Below are positions 10,482 through 20,491 of a DNA stretch of 64,000 bases, in pieces. Under the pieces are notes generated by a model. That model searched no databases. It worked only from the letters and a program-made list of their open reading frames with translations, and was not told the DNA's origin. Position 1 is the first letter of the stretch. The number at the start of each line of letters is the position of its first letter. The translations under genes and the position numbers were made by a program. The stretch lies in sequence record MT135025.1, one strand, 5' to 3'.

Positions 10482-11606
10482 ATGTCTAAGACGATTTTCA
10501 ATAAAAATAAGGTTGACCATCTTGGTCAACCTCTTTTCTTGGGCGAAGACCCAAACATTTCACGATTCGAAACGGTAAAACACGGCGTATTCGAACAGCT
10601 TACAGAAAAACAACTTTCATTCTTCTGGCGACCAGAAGAAGTCGATTTGACTCTTGACTCTCAAGAATTTGATCGAATGCCCGAACACTGGAAACACGTG
10701 TTCACGCAAAATCTGAAGTATCAATCACTGCTAGACTCAGTGCAGGGTCGTGCGCCTAATATCGCGTTCTTGCCTATCTGTAGTGACAACTCGCTTGAAA
10801 ACTGGATCACGACGTGGGACTTCAGTGAAACTATTCACAGTCGCTCTTACACGCACATCATGCGCAACTTGTATTCAAACCCGAGTGCGGTGTTTGACGA
10901 AATTGTTCTTGACAAGTCAATCATGGCACGTGCTGAAGCAGTTACCGAGCATTATGACAAGCTAATTGCCGAAACGCAAAAGCTAAATCAGCTCAAAACT
11001 ATGAATCTAGATGAAGCTCACATTCTTATGCAAGAGAGTGCAGTGAAAGAAGCTCTTTATCTGTGTATGCACGCAGTAAATGCTCTTGAAGCTATTCGAT
11101 TCTACGTTTCATTCGCGTGTACGTTCAACTTTGCCGAGCAAGGCATTATGGAAGGTAACGCTAAAGTAATGAAGCTGATTGCCCGTGATGAACAGCTTCA
11201 CTTGAAAGGTACACAAGCGTTAATCAGCATCTGGCAGAACTACAAAGACGATCCAGAAATGGCAGAAATTTCGCTTCGTCTTCAACCAGAAGCCGAAAAG
11301 ATTTTCATGCAAGTCGTTGATCAAGAGAAAGAATGGGCACATTCTCTGTTCTCACAAGGTACAGTTCCAGGTCTAAACGCTCAAATTCTTTGTGAATATG
11401 TTGAATATCTTGCAGATAGTCGTATGCGTTCAGTTGGTTTGAATAGTCCGTACCCTCGACGTAAACATCCACTTCCATGGATTCGTAAGTGGCTAAATAG
11501 TGATTCAGTACAAGTGGCAGCGCAAGAAGCTGAACTTAGTTCGTACCTTGTTGGTCAGATTGACTCGACAGTACGCCCTGAATTCCTAAAAACGTTAGAG
11601 GTGTAA
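10482..11606 (+). CDS. nrdB: Class Ia ribonucleotide reductase beta subunit
   Basis: FFWRPEE, LDSVQGR, SETIHSRSY, IARDEQLH, AAQEAELSSY. Confidence 0.97.
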   Translation: MSKTIFNKNKVDHLGQPLFLGEDPNISRFETVKHGVFEQLTEKQLSFFWRPEEVDLTLDSQEFDRMPEHWKHVFTQNLKYQSLLDSVQGRAPNIAFLPICSDNSLENWITTWDFSETIHSRSYTHIMRNLYSNPSAVFDEIVLDKSIMARAEAVTEHYDKLIAETQKLNQLKTMNLDEAHILMQESAVKEALYLCMHAVNALEAIRFYVSFACTFNFAEQGIMEGNAKVMKLIARDEQLHLKGTQALISIWQNYKDDPEMAEISLRLQPEAEKIFMQVVDQEKEWAHSLFSQGTVPGLNAQILCEYVEYLADSRMRSVGLNSPYPRRKHPLPWIRKWLNSDSVQVAAQEAELSSYLVGQIDSTVRPEFLKTLEV

Positions 11607-11607
11607 T

Positions 11608-11907
11608 TTGGTAGAAATATTTGGTTGGGACGAAAGCGATTTTCGCTGCGTTCCTTGCTTGAAAGCAAAACGACTAGCTGAAACACGCGGCATGATCTTT
11701 GACTTCATCCCGCTTGCAAAAGAAAAGGTAACAGACGCACACAAACACAATCGAGAAGAACTAGAAAGGCGAATGCATGAAATGGGTAAAGAGCTAAAGA
11801 CTCTTCCTCAAGTGTTCTTCGACGGTGTTCATGTGGGTGGTTTTGACGACTTCAAGGCTAAGATACATTCCATTGAAGAAGCTCGTTGGGATGCACGCAT
11901 CAAATAA
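11608..11907 (+). CDS. nrdC: Glutaredoxin (T4 NrdC-like)
   Basis: CVPC, TLPQVF, HVGGFDD; TTG start with GAGGTG RBS. Confidence 0.9.
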   Translation: MVEIFGWDESDFRCVPCLKAKRLAETRGMIFDFIPLAKEKVTDAHKHNREELERRMHEMGKELKTLPQVFFDGVHVGGFDDFKAKIHSIEEARWDARIK

Positions 11908-11981
11908 TTAAAGAAAAGGGTTGACACATGTCAGCCCTTTTTTGTATGCTTCGTTTGCTAAATCGACAAAGAGTGAGAAAT

Positions 11982-12554
11982 ATGAAAAAGCTAATGACAC
12001 TGCTTCTAGCAGTTTGCGCGTTCAATGCATCTGCAAGCAATGTATGTCACGTCAAGTTCAACGGTCAAGAACTATCCGAGAAGCAATGGCACAATGTTCG
12101 TGCTGTGTTCATCAACGGTTGGTACAATGACTTGAGTTGGTCACTTGCTGCTATCGCTATTGTCGAATCTAGTGCTGGTGAGCAAATGATTAACAATCGA
12201 ACGAAAGATTATGGTTTGATGCAAAACAACATCAAAACTGCGACTGCTCGATTGAAACGTTGGGAGAAAGCAGGTCGAGACTTCGGTCCCTATGATCTCA
12301 ACAATCCAGAAGATGTAAAAACAATATTGCTTACTGACCGTACGGTTTCCGTTCAGCTTGCCATTGAAGAGCTTGAATACTGGAAGAAGATACGCGGTAA
12401 AAACAACTGGCGTGAAATCTATGCGAGTTACAATGGGGGTTTTTACAAAGATAAAACATGGGAAGCGCGTGCTGAAAAGTACTCTGAAAAAATCGTAATG
12501 ACTATGCGCAAACTAAAACCTTGCAAAGAGCAACTATTGAGAGGGTTATACTAA
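11982..12554 (+). CDS. Secreted SLT/lysozyme-like transglycosylase (T4 vs.1-like)
   Basis: Signal peptide, AIAIVESS catalytic Glu, GLMQ, YNGG. Confidence 0.8.
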   Translation: MKKLMTLLLAVCAFNASASNVCHVKFNGQELSEKQWHNVRAVFINGWYNDLSWSLAAIAIVESSAGEQMINNRTKDYGLMQNNIKTATARLKRWEKAGRDFGPYDLNNPEDVKTILLTDRTVSVQLAIEELEYWKKIRGKNNWREIYASYNGGFYKDKTWEARAEKYSEKIVMTMRKLKPCKEQLLRGLY

Positions 12555-12739
12555 TGGGACAGATATTAATTTGGGCAACTGCGTGGGCGATTGTGATGAA
12601 CAATCAGTGGATGTTGAAAATCTTTTGTGCGTTTGGTTGGCACACGTGGGAATATACGAAAGGCAGTAAGCGCGTATGTAAGCATTGCCAGAAGCGTCAA
12701 AGCCTAATTCGTGTCGGCAATGACACTGAATGGAAATAA
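12554..12739 (+). CDS. Small hypothetical protein with possible Zn ligands
   Basis: FCAFGWH...CKHC; coupled start. Confidence 0.65.
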   Translation: MGQILIWATAWAIVMNNQWMLKIFCAFGWHTWEYTKGSKRVCKHCQKRQSLIRVGNDTEWK

Positions 12740-12837
12740 ATTAAAAAAATGAAAAAAGTGGTTGCGTTGGTCTCAAAAATCATTAATATAGACGGTGTTG
12801 AAGAGAACAACGCAACTAACTAAAGAGAGAACATTAT

Positions 12838-13842
12838 ATGCAAGCTATCATCACTAACGCACTTTACCGCAACACTGAAATCAACGGCACTTACACTCTA
12901 ATCGAGAAAGTTTGGAATAGCTCAGACGCAGCACCAAAAAATGGTCGTATGAAAATCATGCTTGACGGTGCAGTACGTACTATTCGCGTTAACAAAGAAG
13001 ACGTGCAATACGTTGATGAAGCTGACGCATCACAAACAGCAGTACCTGCACTTGCACCAGTAATTGAAGCTGAAACTGAAGAGCAAATCGCACAACGCAT
13101 CACTGAAGCGTTTGAAGCAATGGACATTTTCACAATCGGTGCTATCGCTGGTCACGTTAAATCACTGATTATCTCTGGTGCAGCAGGTGTTGGTAAGACG
13201 TTCACACTTGAGCGCGAACTAAACAAAGCTCAAGAACGCGGTGACATCAACTTCAAGAAAGTTGCTGGTACATGTTCTGGTATCGGTCTGTTCACTAAGC
13301 TTTGGGAATGTCGCAACCCAGGTGATGTTCTTCTCCTAGATGACGTAGACGTTTTCAAAGACGAAGATCAGCTAAACCTTCTTAAAGCAGCACTAGACAC
13401 TGGTGAAGAGCGTTGGGTTTCTTGGATGAAAGCAAGTTCTTACCTAGAAGAGCAAGGTATCGAACAAGAATTCTTGTTTGAAGGTACAGTAATCTTTATC
13501 TCAAACAAAGACTTTGACCGCGAACTTGATGCAAACACAAAGTTATCACCGCACTTCAGCGCACTGATTTCACGTAGCATCTACCTTGACCTTGGTGTTC
13601 ACACTAAAGAAGAAATCATGGTTCGCATCAAGCAAGTTGTTACAGCAACTACAATGCTCGAAGATCTTGGTCTAAACGGCGAGCAGATTGCTGAAATGCT
13701 AGTGTGGATTGAAAAGCACATGCTTGAACTGCGTACACTATCACTACGCACATGTTTACACATTGCAGACATGATGCTAACATCGCCTACTAAATGGGAA
13801 ATGCTTGCGAAGATGACTATGCTATCTAAGAAGCGTAAATAA
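12838..13842 (+). CDS. AAA+ family ATPase
   Basis: Walker A GAAGVGKT, Walker B LLLDDVD, sensor FISN, SRS Arg finger. Confidence 0.85.
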   Translation: MQAIITNALYRNTEINGTYTLIEKVWNSSDAAPKNGRMKIMLDGAVRTIRVNKEDVQYVDEADASQTAVPALAPVIEAETEEQIAQRITEAFEAMDIFTIGAIAGHVKSLIISGAAGVGKTFTLERELNKAQERGDINFKKVAGTCSGIGLFTKLWECRNPGDVLLLDDVDVFKDEDQLNLLKAALDTGEERWVSWMKASSYLEEQGIEQEFLFEGTVIFISNKDFDRELDANTKLSPHFSALISRSIYLDLGVHTKEEIMVRIKQVVTATTMLEDLGLNGEQIAEMLVWIEKHMLELRTLSLRTCLHIADMMLTSPTKWEMLAKMTMLSKKRK

Positions 13843-13887
13843 ACTCTTTGAGGGGCTGAAAAGCCCCGTTTTTCATATGAGGGATAT

Positions 13888-15174
13888 ATGCAACGTACAC
13901 TATCAAGTATCGTTAATGACGAAGCGTTAGAATACGCTATGTATACCATCGAGAACCGCGCACTGGCAAACGGGATTGATGGACTTAAACCTGTTCAGCG
14001 ATTTGTTCTGTACAACGTGATTAAAGACGCTAGTACATCGTTTGACAAGGTCGCAGCGTTAGGTAGCTCAGTGTCAAAGATTGGTTACAATCACGGTGAG
14101 ACTTCGGCACAAGACGCTCTAGCACTAATGGCAGCAGAATGGCAGAACAATGTCCCGATTGTACAAGGTCGCGGCAACTTCGGTTCTCGAATGGTTAAAG
14201 AGTCGGCTTCTGCTCGTTACGTTTATGCAAAGCTGCATGACAATTTTGATCTGTACTTCAAAGACATTCACTTGTCGCCTGAACATAAAGATCTCGAACA
14301 CGTGCCGCCACAGTTTTATGTGCCTGTACTTCCGATGATTCTCATGAACGGTGTTCAAGGGATTGCGACGGGTTTCGCGTGTAACATTCTACCGCATGAC
14401 CCTGAGTGGGTTAAGAAAGCTGTTCTTGAATATCTAGCGGGTAAAGAAATCAGCGAACCAGTTGTTAAGTTCCCTGAGTTTTACGGCAAGATTGAAAAGC
14501 TCGAACATAACAAATATGCTCAGATTGGTACAGTTGAAATTAGCGGTCTGACTGCGGTTGTTACTGAAATCCCGACAGGATTCGATCACGCGAAATACAT
14601 CATTGAACTTGACAAACTCGTTGAGAAAGGTAAAATCAGTAGCTACGTAGACGAGACTAGCGAAACGTTTCAGTTTCGTGTGCGATTCAAACGTGGCGCG
14701 AAGATGACTGAAGAATCTGTAATCAAGACTCTGAAGCTGCAAAGCACATTCACGCAGAACATCAACGTCATCGACGAGAACTATCAAATTCGTCATTTTG
14801 ACGACGTGAGAGAACTTGTGAAGTGGTTTGTTGATTTTCGCATGTCGTTCTTACCTAAACGCATTCAAGACTCGACAGAGCGCACAGAGAAGCGTGCTTC
14901 TCTAGCAATTGCAAAAGTTGAGTTTATCAAACGTGTTGTTTCGGGTACAATTATATTATTCGGTAAGAAGCGTGCTGAAGTAGCAGCAGAACTTAAAGCC
15001 GATGAAGCATTTTCTGAGCATGTTACAGAGCTTCTAAATATGTCGGTCGACAAAATGACTGACGATGAGATTGCTCGTCTTGAGAAAGATGCCGCAGTAG
15101 CTCAGAAAGAACTTTCCTACTGGCAGAAAACAACTGCACAGAAAGAGTTTATCAAAGACATCAAGGCAATATAA
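13888..15174 (+). CDS. 52: DNA topoisomerase II medium (GyrA-like) subunit
   Basis: IDGLKPVQR, YNHGE, GNFGS, ARY catalytic Tyr. Confidence 0.95.
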   Translation: MQRTLSSIVNDEALEYAMYTIENRALANGIDGLKPVQRFVLYNVIKDASTSFDKVAALGSSVSKIGYNHGETSAQDALALMAAEWQNNVPIVQGRGNFGSRMVKESASARYVYAKLHDNFDLYFKDIHLSPEHKDLEHVPPQFYVPVLPMILMNGVQGIATGFACNILPHDPEWVKKAVLEYLAGKEISEPVVKFPEFYGKIEKLEHNKYAQIGTVEISGLTAVVTEIPTGFDHAKYIIELDKLVEKGKISSYVDETSETFQFRVRFKRGAKMTEESVIKTLKLQSTFTQNINVIDENYQIRHFDDVRELVKWFVDFRMSFLPKRIQDSTERTEKRASLAIAKVEFIKRVVSGTIILFGKKRAEVAAELKADEAFSEHVTELLNMSVDKMTDDEIARLEKDAAVAQKELSYWQKTTAQKEFIKDIKAI

Positions 15175-15416
15175 TGAACATAATCGTCGAAAACGGCAAC
15201 ATTTTGCCGACTGATCAAGCGACGTTATTTGCTGACGAAGAAGTATTGAGAGTGCCTGGCACTTTCAATCTTACTGACTTGGTTTGTCATCTTGGTCTTT
15301 ACAAATCAAAATCACAAGCCAGACAAGCGAATCGTGTCGGTGAAATCCCGACTGGTTACACTGAATTCAAAGGCAATAAGAAAACGCCTTTGTACGTCTG
15401 GAATCCAACAGAGTAA
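15174..15416 (+). CDS. Stand-alone S4-like RNA-binding domain protein
   Basis: DLVCHLGLYKSKSQARQ resembles the TyrRS/S4 motif. Confidence 0.5.
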   Translation: MNIIVENGNILPTDQATLFADEEVLRVPGTFNLTDLVCHLGLYKSKSQARQANRVGEIPTGYTEFKGNKKTPLYVWNPTE

Positions 15417-15424
15417 GGTAAATT

Positions 15425-16306
15425 ATGCAGGTAAGATGGACAGAAATGTTTTACAGCATTCAAGGCGAAGGGAAATACACTGGTCAAGCTAGTTTATTCT
15501 TTCGCTTCTGGGGTTGTAACTTAGAATGTCACGGCTTCGGGCAAGAAGATCCGACGAATAAAGATACATGGGTATTAGACTTCAAAGACTACGACCCGAA
15601 AGCGAACAACGTGACTTCAGTCGAAGATCTGCCTGTATGGACTCGTGGATGTGACTCTTCTTACACGTGGGCTAAAAAGTATGCTCATCTTGCTTCAAAG
15701 TCTGAAGTCGCAGATGTATGCGAAGCAATGCTTGAGAAACTGCCTAATCGAGTTTGGGGAGATATTCATTGGGTAATTACAGGTGGTGAGCCGATGATGA
15801 ATCAAGCTCAAATCATCGAAATGATGAATTACTTCATCAAAATTGACAATTATCCAAAACATGTCACGATTGAAACTAATGGTACGCGAGAACTCAAGCC
15901 AGAATTTGCAGAGCGTTGGGCGCTAATTCAGTGGAATACGCATCGTAATGTTCACTTGAGTTTCAGCGTGTCGGCTAAGTTGTACAACGTAACGGGCGAA
16001 GTGCATGAAAAAGCAATCAAGCCAAAAGTTGTCAACAAGTATGCACGCATCGGAGAAGTCTGGCTCAAGCCAGTCGTCGTAGACAAGGAAGCGTGTTGGG
16101 ACGAGCTTGATGCTGTGATCGCACAGTTCAAAGCAGAACGCAACTTACACAACGTTCCAGTGTATATCATGCCATGTGGTGCTACTCAAGAAGAGCAAGA
16201 ACAAGATGGTTATATGGCGTCAATCGCAGGGAAAGCATTGGCGCGTGGTTACAACGTTTCTGTACGAACTCACGTATGGATTTGGGGTAACGCGGTGGGC
16301 ACGTAA
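15425..16306 (+). CDS. queE: 7-carboxy-7-deazaguanine synthase (radical SAM)
   Basis: FYSIQGEG, FRFWGCNLEC...CDS, TGGEP, ETNGT, C-terminal RTHVWIWG. Confidence 0.9.
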   Translation: MQVRWTEMFYSIQGEGKYTGQASLFFRFWGCNLECHGFGQEDPTNKDTWVLDFKDYDPKANNVTSVEDLPVWTRGCDSSYTWAKKYAHLASKSEVADVCEAMLEKLPNRVWGDIHWVITGGEPMMNQAQIIEMMNYFIKIDNYPKHVTIETNGTRELKPEFAERWALIQWNTHRNVHLSFSVSAKLYNVTGEVHEKAIKPKVVNKYARIGEVWLKPVVVDKEACWDELDAVIAQFKAERNLHNVPVYIMPCGATQEEQEQDGYMASIAGKALARGYNVSVRTHVWIWGNAVGT

Positions 16307-16341
16307 GTGCCCTTTTATTCCCTTTGAAGTGAGAAATTATT

Positions 16342-16596
16342 ATGATTCTATTTGGTCACGTAGTTGGTACAATCGGTATGATTCTAATCTGTCTAGCATT
16401 CTGGATGGTGACGAGTGAAAAATATAAGCCTACCGATGATAAGTACTTGTGGACTAATATGTCGGGTGCTATACTGCTTACGATTAGCTTGCTAATCAAC
16501 TTCAATCTAGGTAGCTTCATGATTGAGCTATTCTGGATTTACATTAGCGGCACCGCGCTATACAAGAACTACAAATTGCGAAAAAACGCTAAATAG
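16342..16596 (+). CDS. Small 3-TM membrane protein (CBU_0592/PQ-loop-like)
   Basis: GTIGMILICLAF...YLWTN...FWIYIS pattern. Confidence 0.65.
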   Translation: MILFGHVVGTIGMILICLAFWMVTSEKYKPTDDKYLWTNMSGAILLTISLLINFNLGSFMIELFWIYISGTALYKNYKLRKNAK

Positions 16597-16661
16597 TAGT
16601 TGATAAGCTTGTCGATTCGTGTATAATCAACTGCGAATCGACAAACAAACTGGAGAATCTA

Positions 16662-16820
16662 ATGTCTAAAAATAAAAAGCCAAGCAATAAGCCACAAAAC
16701 TTCGTTGCAAAGCACATGAATACTTTCAATCATGCTTCAGTTGAAGAAGATAGAAAGAAGAAATCAAAGCGTTTAACTAAGCGCAAAATGAAACACAAAG
16801 GGAAAGCCTATGATGAATGA
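16662..16820 (+). CDS. Small basic protein (T4 30.9-like), below ORF-track cutoff
   Basis: MSKNKKPSNKPQNFVAKHMNTFNHASVEEDRKKK...; GGAG RBS; TTGATA-TATAAT promoter. Confidence 0.65.
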   Translation: MSKNKKPSNKPQNFVAKHMNTFNHASVEEDRKKKSKRLTKRKMKHKGKAYDE

Positions 16821-17109
16821 TGTTTTAGCTGGTATACCCATGCCGCCTCAGAAACCCAAGTTCATCCCAGAATCTGACGACCATCAATTCTTTCACGATT
16901 GTGCTGGGTTTGATTGGTTCTATCAATTCAGTGATGATCACAGCGTATATCTTCGCGGTGAACGTGAATTGTCTAAGCTAAAGTCGCGAATGACAAACGA
17001 ACGCAGAAATAAAATCTATGAAGCGTGGTGTCAGTATATGTTCAGCGGTCCCAATTTCGGGCTAGAGCAACACCCTGAACCAAAGTGGGAAGATTTTAAA
17101 GATGCATAA
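16810..17109 (+). CDS. Hypothetical protein
   Basis: Coupled ORF. Confidence 0.75.
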   Translation: MMNDVLAGIPMPPQKPKFIPESDDHQFFHDCAGFDWFYQFSDDHSVYLRGERELSKLKSRMTNERRNKIYEAWCQYMFSGPNFGLEQHPEPKWEDFKDA

Positions 17110-17371
17110 AGATGTACTCGGCAATGTAATCGAAATGAAAGATATTGTGTTTCGTCTTTCGAAAGAGAGATTATGCGTCGAACCGTGCATCGTAACCGGG
17201 TTTACACAGTACAAAGTGCTGTTAAATGATGGTCTTCAATGCGACCCAAATCGTGTCGTCGTTGTGACCGAACAAATTCAAAATAACGGTATCGACTTGT
17301 GGTCAAACACACTCGAATTCAAATATCGTGAGTATATCATCAAAGGCTATAAACGCCTGCAAAATAAGTGA
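17102..17371 (+). CDS. Hypothetical protein
   Basis: Coupled ORF. Confidence 0.7.
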   Translation: MHKDVLGNVIEMKDIVFRLSKERLCVEPCIVTGFTQYKVLLNDGLQCDPNRVVVVTEQIQNNGIDLWSNTLEFKYREYIIKGYKRLQNK

Positions 17372-17378
17372 GAAAAAC

Positions 17379-17651
17379 ATGACATTCTTTCAAAAACTAG
17401 TAGCAATCTTCACCAACACTCCTCGTCCAACAGAAGACATTCTGGAAGACATGAATCAGAAAGCGAACGAACTTCGCGCACGTGCTCAATTTGACCAAGA
17501 ACAAATTGAAGCAAACGAAGCTGAAGAGCGTCGCGCACGTGAAGAAGTAGAGCGTCGTGCGCAAGAACTAGCAGCGCGAAATGCCGTTCATGCGCAGTCT
17601 AAAGAGCGTGCAGAACGTGTTGCGAAGCGAGTTGAAGAATTCACTGCGTAA
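17379..17651 (+). CDS. Coiled-coil hypothetical protein
   Basis: GAGA RBS before ATG at 17379; E/R/A-rich helix. Confidence 0.7.
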   Translation: MTFFQKLVAIFTNTPRPTEDILEDMNQKANELRARAQFDQEQIEANEAEERRAREEVERRAQELAARNAVHAQSKERAERVAKRVEEFTA

Positions 17652-17765
17652 TGTTCTAGAAACGTAACATAATCCCTAAAAAGCCCCGTTAATGTGCTAA
17701 TTCAGTAACATTATCACGGGGCTTTTTTGTGTCTGTCATAAATACAAATAAAATGTGAGGATGCA

Positions 17766-18884
17766 ATGAAAAATCTAAAATCTTTTATGGAAGAACTTCA
17801 ATCATTGAACGAAGTCTTCATTCGTGGCGGTCGACCACGAAACGGGTCTAAGGTTCTTGCGAACGGCAAGAATATTTGGGTGTGGAATAGCGATAGAGAG
17901 TTCGAACGTCTAGCGCCATTTATCAATCGTGAACTCGGAACCGACTTTGAAGAAGAGTACGATCTAGACTCTTGGTACGAAGAGGGCGCACAAGCGGTAT
18001 ACGCGACGATTGAAAACGGCAAGCTAGATATGCAAGGGCAATCATCTTATCGCCCGTCTGTAGCGTCTGACACGCTTCGCAAGACTATTAAAGCCCTTAA
18101 CCTGAACGGCGTGACTCGTCGAACGCAATCATTTAACCCTGATTACGATGAAGTTGAGCACGATTTCGAGACCGACCGTCGAGAATTCAACAAGAAACTG
18201 TCTCAGAAGACGTTCTATCACGGTACATCGACTACGTTCATCGAATCAATGTTGAAATTTGGTCTGAAACCGAATCCGAATGAAACGCAATTCGATAATA
18301 TTGAACATGCTGATAAAGTCTTTATTACAACAGAACTTGACAAAGCAATGTTCCACGCGACACACTCAGCGAACCGAAACAACTCGTTCCCTGTGATTAT
18401 CGAGCTACGTATTCCAGACGAAAGCAAGCTTGTATCTGATTATGACGTTGTAATTGATGTTCTAGGCGCTAATTCAGAAGAAGCATCCGAGCTTGGGTAT
18501 GCTGACATCTTCTATCAAATGCCACATTCGCGTGGTGACGGTACGAAGTATCACAGAGACGACATCGAAAGTCGATTTGGTAAACGTCTAGGGGGATTGA
18601 GTACTCGCATCGGTATCTTCGGGTACAAAGGTCGAATCCCTGCAAGTCATTTCAATTTCATCTACGCTGACGGTGACGTGATCGAAGAGTCAATGCCAGA
18701 AATGTATTGGGAAATGGACGGCGAATTCGACATGGCAGAAATGCGTACTGAATCAGTCAATCACCGTTCGTTCGACTACTGGGATCAATTCAAACCCACT
18801 AAATTCATTGCTCACTTCGAAGAACTTTGGGATGATCTCAAAGATGAATACGAAGACGAGGAAGAAGACGAAGATTGGGACTAA
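17766..18884 (+). CDS. ADP-ribosyltransferase-fold (KptA/PARP-like) protein with capsid-targeting-like N-terminus
   Basis: FYHGTS...GLKP, VFITT, VIIELRIP; CATAAATA late-type promoter; MKNLKSFMEELQSLNE leader. Confidence 0.6.
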   Translation: MKNLKSFMEELQSLNEVFIRGGRPRNGSKVLANGKNIWVWNSDREFERLAPFINRELGTDFEEEYDLDSWYEEGAQAVYATIENGKLDMQGQSSYRPSVASDTLRKTIKALNLNGVTRRTQSFNPDYDEVEHDFETDRREFNKKLSQKTFYHGTSTTFIESMLKFGLKPNPNETQFDNIEHADKVFITTELDKAMFHATHSANRNNSFPVIIELRIPDESKLVSDYDVVIDVLGANSEEASELGYADIFYQMPHSRGDGTKYHRDDIESRFGKRLGGLSTRIGIFGYKGRIPASHFNFIYADGDVIEESMPEMYWEMDGEFDMAEMRTESVNHRSFDYWDQFKPTKFIAHFEELWDDLKDEYEDEEEDEDWD

Positions 18885-18925
18885 ATACTAGGGAGCAATA
18901 ACGCTCCCTTTTTTAGGACTGAATC

Positions 18926-19411
18926 ATGTATAAATGTAAACATTTCAAAATCCAAGAGCTTGTAACTCCACAAATGCACGCTGCATGGGGTGAAAGATGT
19001 TGGTCACTTTTCGACGACCGTCTATTACGCACGCTAGACGCGCTCAGAGAACGTTTCGGTCCCTGCACCATAAACGATTGGAGTTGGGGCGGATCGTTCA
19101 AATACAGCGGTTTCAGAGACGAAAACTTCTACGGATCGACACAAAAGTACCTTGATAGCCGTTCTCAGCACAAATACGGTCGTGCAGCCGACTGCAAATT
19201 CAGAAATCACACCGCAGATCAAGTGCGTAAATACATCTTAGAGAACCCAGAAGAATTCCCTTATGTGAAATTCATTGAATGTAGCCCGCTTGCAAACGGA
19301 ACATCTATGTCATGGGTTCACATCGACGTACGTAACAGCGAAGATGTTCAATGCTGGTCTCCAAAAGAAGGCTTTATTGATGCTGACGAAGTAATCCGCA
19401 GAAAACTTTAG
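18926..19411 (+). CDS. Peptidase M15 family (endolysin-like)
   Basis: SGFR, SQHKYGRAAD, WVHID Zn-peptidase motifs. Confidence 0.85.
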   Translation: MYKCKHFKIQELVTPQMHAAWGERCWSLFDDRLLRTLDALRERFGPCTINDWSWGGSFKYSGFRDENFYGSTQKYLDSRSQHKYGRAADCKFRNHTADQVRKYILENPEEFPYVKFIECSPLANGTSMSWVHIDVRNSEDVQCWSPKEGFIDADEVIRRKL

Positions 19412-19475
19412 TTTATCTGCCGATACATTGCCGTTACTATAAATCTGTCAAACAACACAACAAAAGGTCTACTAC

Positions 19476-20183
19476 ATGGGCAAAAAGAAGAACTCTGAAG
19501 AACGCACACTACAACGCATCGAGTTACTGACCTTCAACCAAGAGCAATACGCGGCTGCATTGCAGGAAGAAGTCGGTGAAGACGGCTCAGGTGCATTTGT
19601 ATTTGCGATTGGTTCTGCGGGTACAGGTAAGACATGGCTTGCAACGACTCTAGGTGCAGACATGTACTCAGCTTTTGACTACACCGAATTCATCATCTTG
19701 AAGCCGACGCTTTCATGCGGTGAAGAACTCGGTTACTTACCCGGTACTCTTGAAGAAAAGATGGAACCTTGGATTCAAACAGTAACGCAGCCATTGAAAG
19801 ACCGACTAGGCGCAGATAAATTCAAATGCGACTGGAACAAACGCATTCACGCTGAACCTATTCAATTCGTTCGAGGCAAGACATTCGACAACTGTTTTAT
19901 CGTCGTCGATGAAGCTCAGAACTTAACTAAAACTGAAATTCAGACCATCATGACTCGTATCGGCGAGAATACGAAAATGGTTTTCTGTGGTGACTTGAAA
20001 CAAGACGACCACAAGATGATCTATCGTACTGGTCAGAAAGAAATCAGTGGTCTAGCGTGGATGGTCAATGAAATTCGTAATCAGCAACGCTCAGGCATCG
20101 AGATTATTGAGTTCACAAACAAGGACGTAGTTCGTTCTGGTGCTTGTAAGCTTGCTCTTGACATCATCGACAAGGCTCAATAA
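19476..20183 (+). CDS. phoH: PhoH-like ATPase
   Basis: GSAGTGKT, LGYLPG, RGKTF, DEAQN, TRIGE, GDLKQ. Confidence 0.93.
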   Translation: MGKKKNSEERTLQRIELLTFNQEQYAAALQEEVGEDGSGAFVFAIGSAGTGKTWLATTLGADMYSAFDYTEFIILKPTLSCGEELGYLPGTLEEKMEPWIQTVTQPLKDRLGADKFKCDWNKRIHAEPIQFVRGKTFDNCFIVVDEAQNLTKTEIQTIMTRIGENTKMVFCGDLKQDDHKMIYRTGQKEISGLAWMVNEIRNQQRSGIEIIEFTNKDVVRSGACKLALDIIDKAQ

Positions 20184-20491
20184 TGGGAAAAATGATTGTA
20201 AATCAGACTGTGAAAATCACTGATACAGGCAATTTCAATACACTAGTCAAGTACTGGTATGCAGTCGGCGGAACTAACGATTCGGTTGAACTTCAGTTAG
20301 AAGTCGGCGAAATCGTTAATATCAAGACGTTCCAAGACCCGACAGTTCCTGGTGGCGTGTATTCTCACATCACAAAAACTTCGAAGCATTACACGAACGT
20401 GCTCGGCGTTTTAATTCAAGACCGTAATTCACCGGATTACGACATGAAGAAAGACCGACATAGAATTCAGGTAACTTCGAAACTCAATTAA
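20183..20491 (+). CDS. Hypothetical protein
   Basis: Coupled to phoH; terminator follows. Confidence 0.7.
   Translation: MGKMIVNQTVKITDTGNFNTLVKYWYAVGGTNDSVELQLEVGEIVNIKTFQDPTVPGGVYSHITKTSKHYTNVLGVLIQDRNSPDYDMKKDRHRIQVTSKLN

Noticed and set aside
8244-11606. Introns, inteins or homing endonucleases in nrdA/nrdB
   Set aside because: Both ORFs are continuous and of normal length.
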